This document shows, in pieces, positions 39,446 to 40,440 of a stretch of DNA of 40,440 bases (the stretch's first letter is position 1; every line of letters begins with the position of its first letter). Location of the stretch: contig CAVWCX010000010.1 in the NCBI GenBank assembly GCA_963753595.1, positions 1 through 40,440 of the forward strand. Reading direction: 5' to 3'. A program made the position numbers and the translations under genes. The notes under the pieces were generated by a model that worked only from the letters and a program-made list of their open reading frames with translations, had not been told where the DNA came from and did no database searches. The DNA is from Candidatus Methanoperedenaceae archaeon (GTDB lineage Archaea; Halobacteriota; Methanosarcinia; Methanosarcinales; Methanoperedenaceae).

Positions 39446-39600
39446 AACTTTGCACCTGCATGATTACAGCCACAATCTTCCAAATCAACACCGCCATCAT
39501 CCACCACAGGCGCCGCACCCCCTATCAATAATACCGGAGTAATCGTTCCAATCGCTATCCATAGAGCATCTCCGCTCCACACGTAATTATCAAATACCAT
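39439..39600 (-). CDS. Candidate 53-aa small exported peptide, or relic of a paralogous 5' end
   Basis: MVFDNYVWSGDALWIAIGTITPVLLIGGAAPVVDDGGVDLEDCGCNHAGAKLW*; AGGTG upstream; N-terminus resembles the leader of the 1502-aa protein. Confidence 0.4.
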   Translation of the reverse strand: MVFDNYVWSGDALWIAIGTITPVLLIGGAAPVVDDGGVDLEDCGCNHAGAKLW

Positions 39601-39933
39601 TTTTTCCACACCTATCCTTGATTTACAGCCCGCACCTATGAAGCATGGCCACCAATACTGACGTTTAGTTTATGATGATAGTATATAAAACCTGCGTTTT
39701 AATATTATAATGATTATAATAATTATTATACTTATGTTAGAAATCATTCATCATGATTGAAAGAAGGAGCTGAAAAAGGACGAATTCAAAAGCTTTGCCC
39801 TCTTTTTCCCAACCAGGGCGAGCGCCCCATCCTCAGGTGAAGAGAATCCACGACCGGTAACTATTTATCCCCCATCCTCAATCTAGCAACGTTCGTAACA
39901 TCACGAACAACCAAAATAAGAAAAACAACCAAA

Positions 39934-40440
39934 ATGACCCCTGAAAATTTCAAACCAAAGAAAGACTTCAATACCCGCCTTGAAAACGCAAAGAGCCTGC
40001 CGGATATCTTTGAAGTGGTGAAAGCCGCTGTCTGGGAATGCCAGAGAAAAAGCCGGAGGCCTGATGCTGGGGCTTGCCAATCTCGGGAATGATCCCCAGG
40101 GATTTTTCGGGGCTTTCTATCCAGTCGGTTCAAATGTCATTGTGATGAACAAGATCCCTCTTGATAGGATAAAAGAGACAAGACTTGAGCTTTACAAACC
40201 TTATACTTTCCATGTCCTTCTCCATGAATACCTGCACACGCTGGGGTATATGGATGAAAATGATGTCAGGCAGATGGCCCATAAGATCACAAAAGAAGTA
40301 TTCGGGGAAGAGCATCTTGCGACCAGGATCGCTGCGAATACGGCGCACTTCTTCCATAATCTTGTTTATCCTGGTGCAACATGGCAGCCGGATGATATGA
40401 AAATGGAGCTTGTGGGTGGTTTTGACAGGGAAAGCGCAAG
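39934..40440 (+). pseudogene. HExxH zinc-metallopeptidase-like protein, frameshifted near 40057, running off the window end
   Basis: Frame 1 MTPENF...DIFEVVKAAVWECQRKSR, then +1 frame GLMLGLANLG...GAFYPVGSNVIVMN...FHVLLHEYLHTLGY... open to 40440. Confidence 0.75.

Noticed and set aside
39861-40400. ORFs 39861-40133(-), 40130-40357(-) and 40185-40400(+)
   Set aside because: Shadows of the frameshifted plus-strand HExxH gene

Overview
Archaeal chromosomal window. Nop5, a tRNA with a bulge-helix-bulge (BHB) intron, archaeal-type AhcY, RpiA and LeuD/AksF-family genes, a multi-PAS kinase and a NosD-type surface protein point to Methanosarcinales, possibly Ca. Methanoperedens (taxonomy is inference). 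A housekeeping core (about 4.2-6.1 kb and 16.7-26 kb) is flanked by accessory DNA: three toxin-antitoxin-type loci, four insertion sequences, short periodic inverted-repeat elements and two very large exported proteins. Main findings: (1) a 1502-aa secreted protein with an intact lytic transglycosylase (SLT)-like domain and an intact zinc Amidase_3-like domain, i.e. a candidate dual peptidoglycan hydrolase in an organism expected to lack peptidoglycan; (2) an IS1182 inserted into the loop of the right-end hairpin of a solo-TnpB element, splitting the predicted omegaRNA from its guide; (3) a decayed GxxExxY nuclease gene between perfect 26-bp inverted repeats made of 9-nt units, plus several gene-less elements of the same design; (4) an ISAzo13 interrupting a ~1395-aa surface protein; (5) possible attC-like cassette relics in the first 3 kb. 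All family calls come from motif recognition by eye, not database searches.
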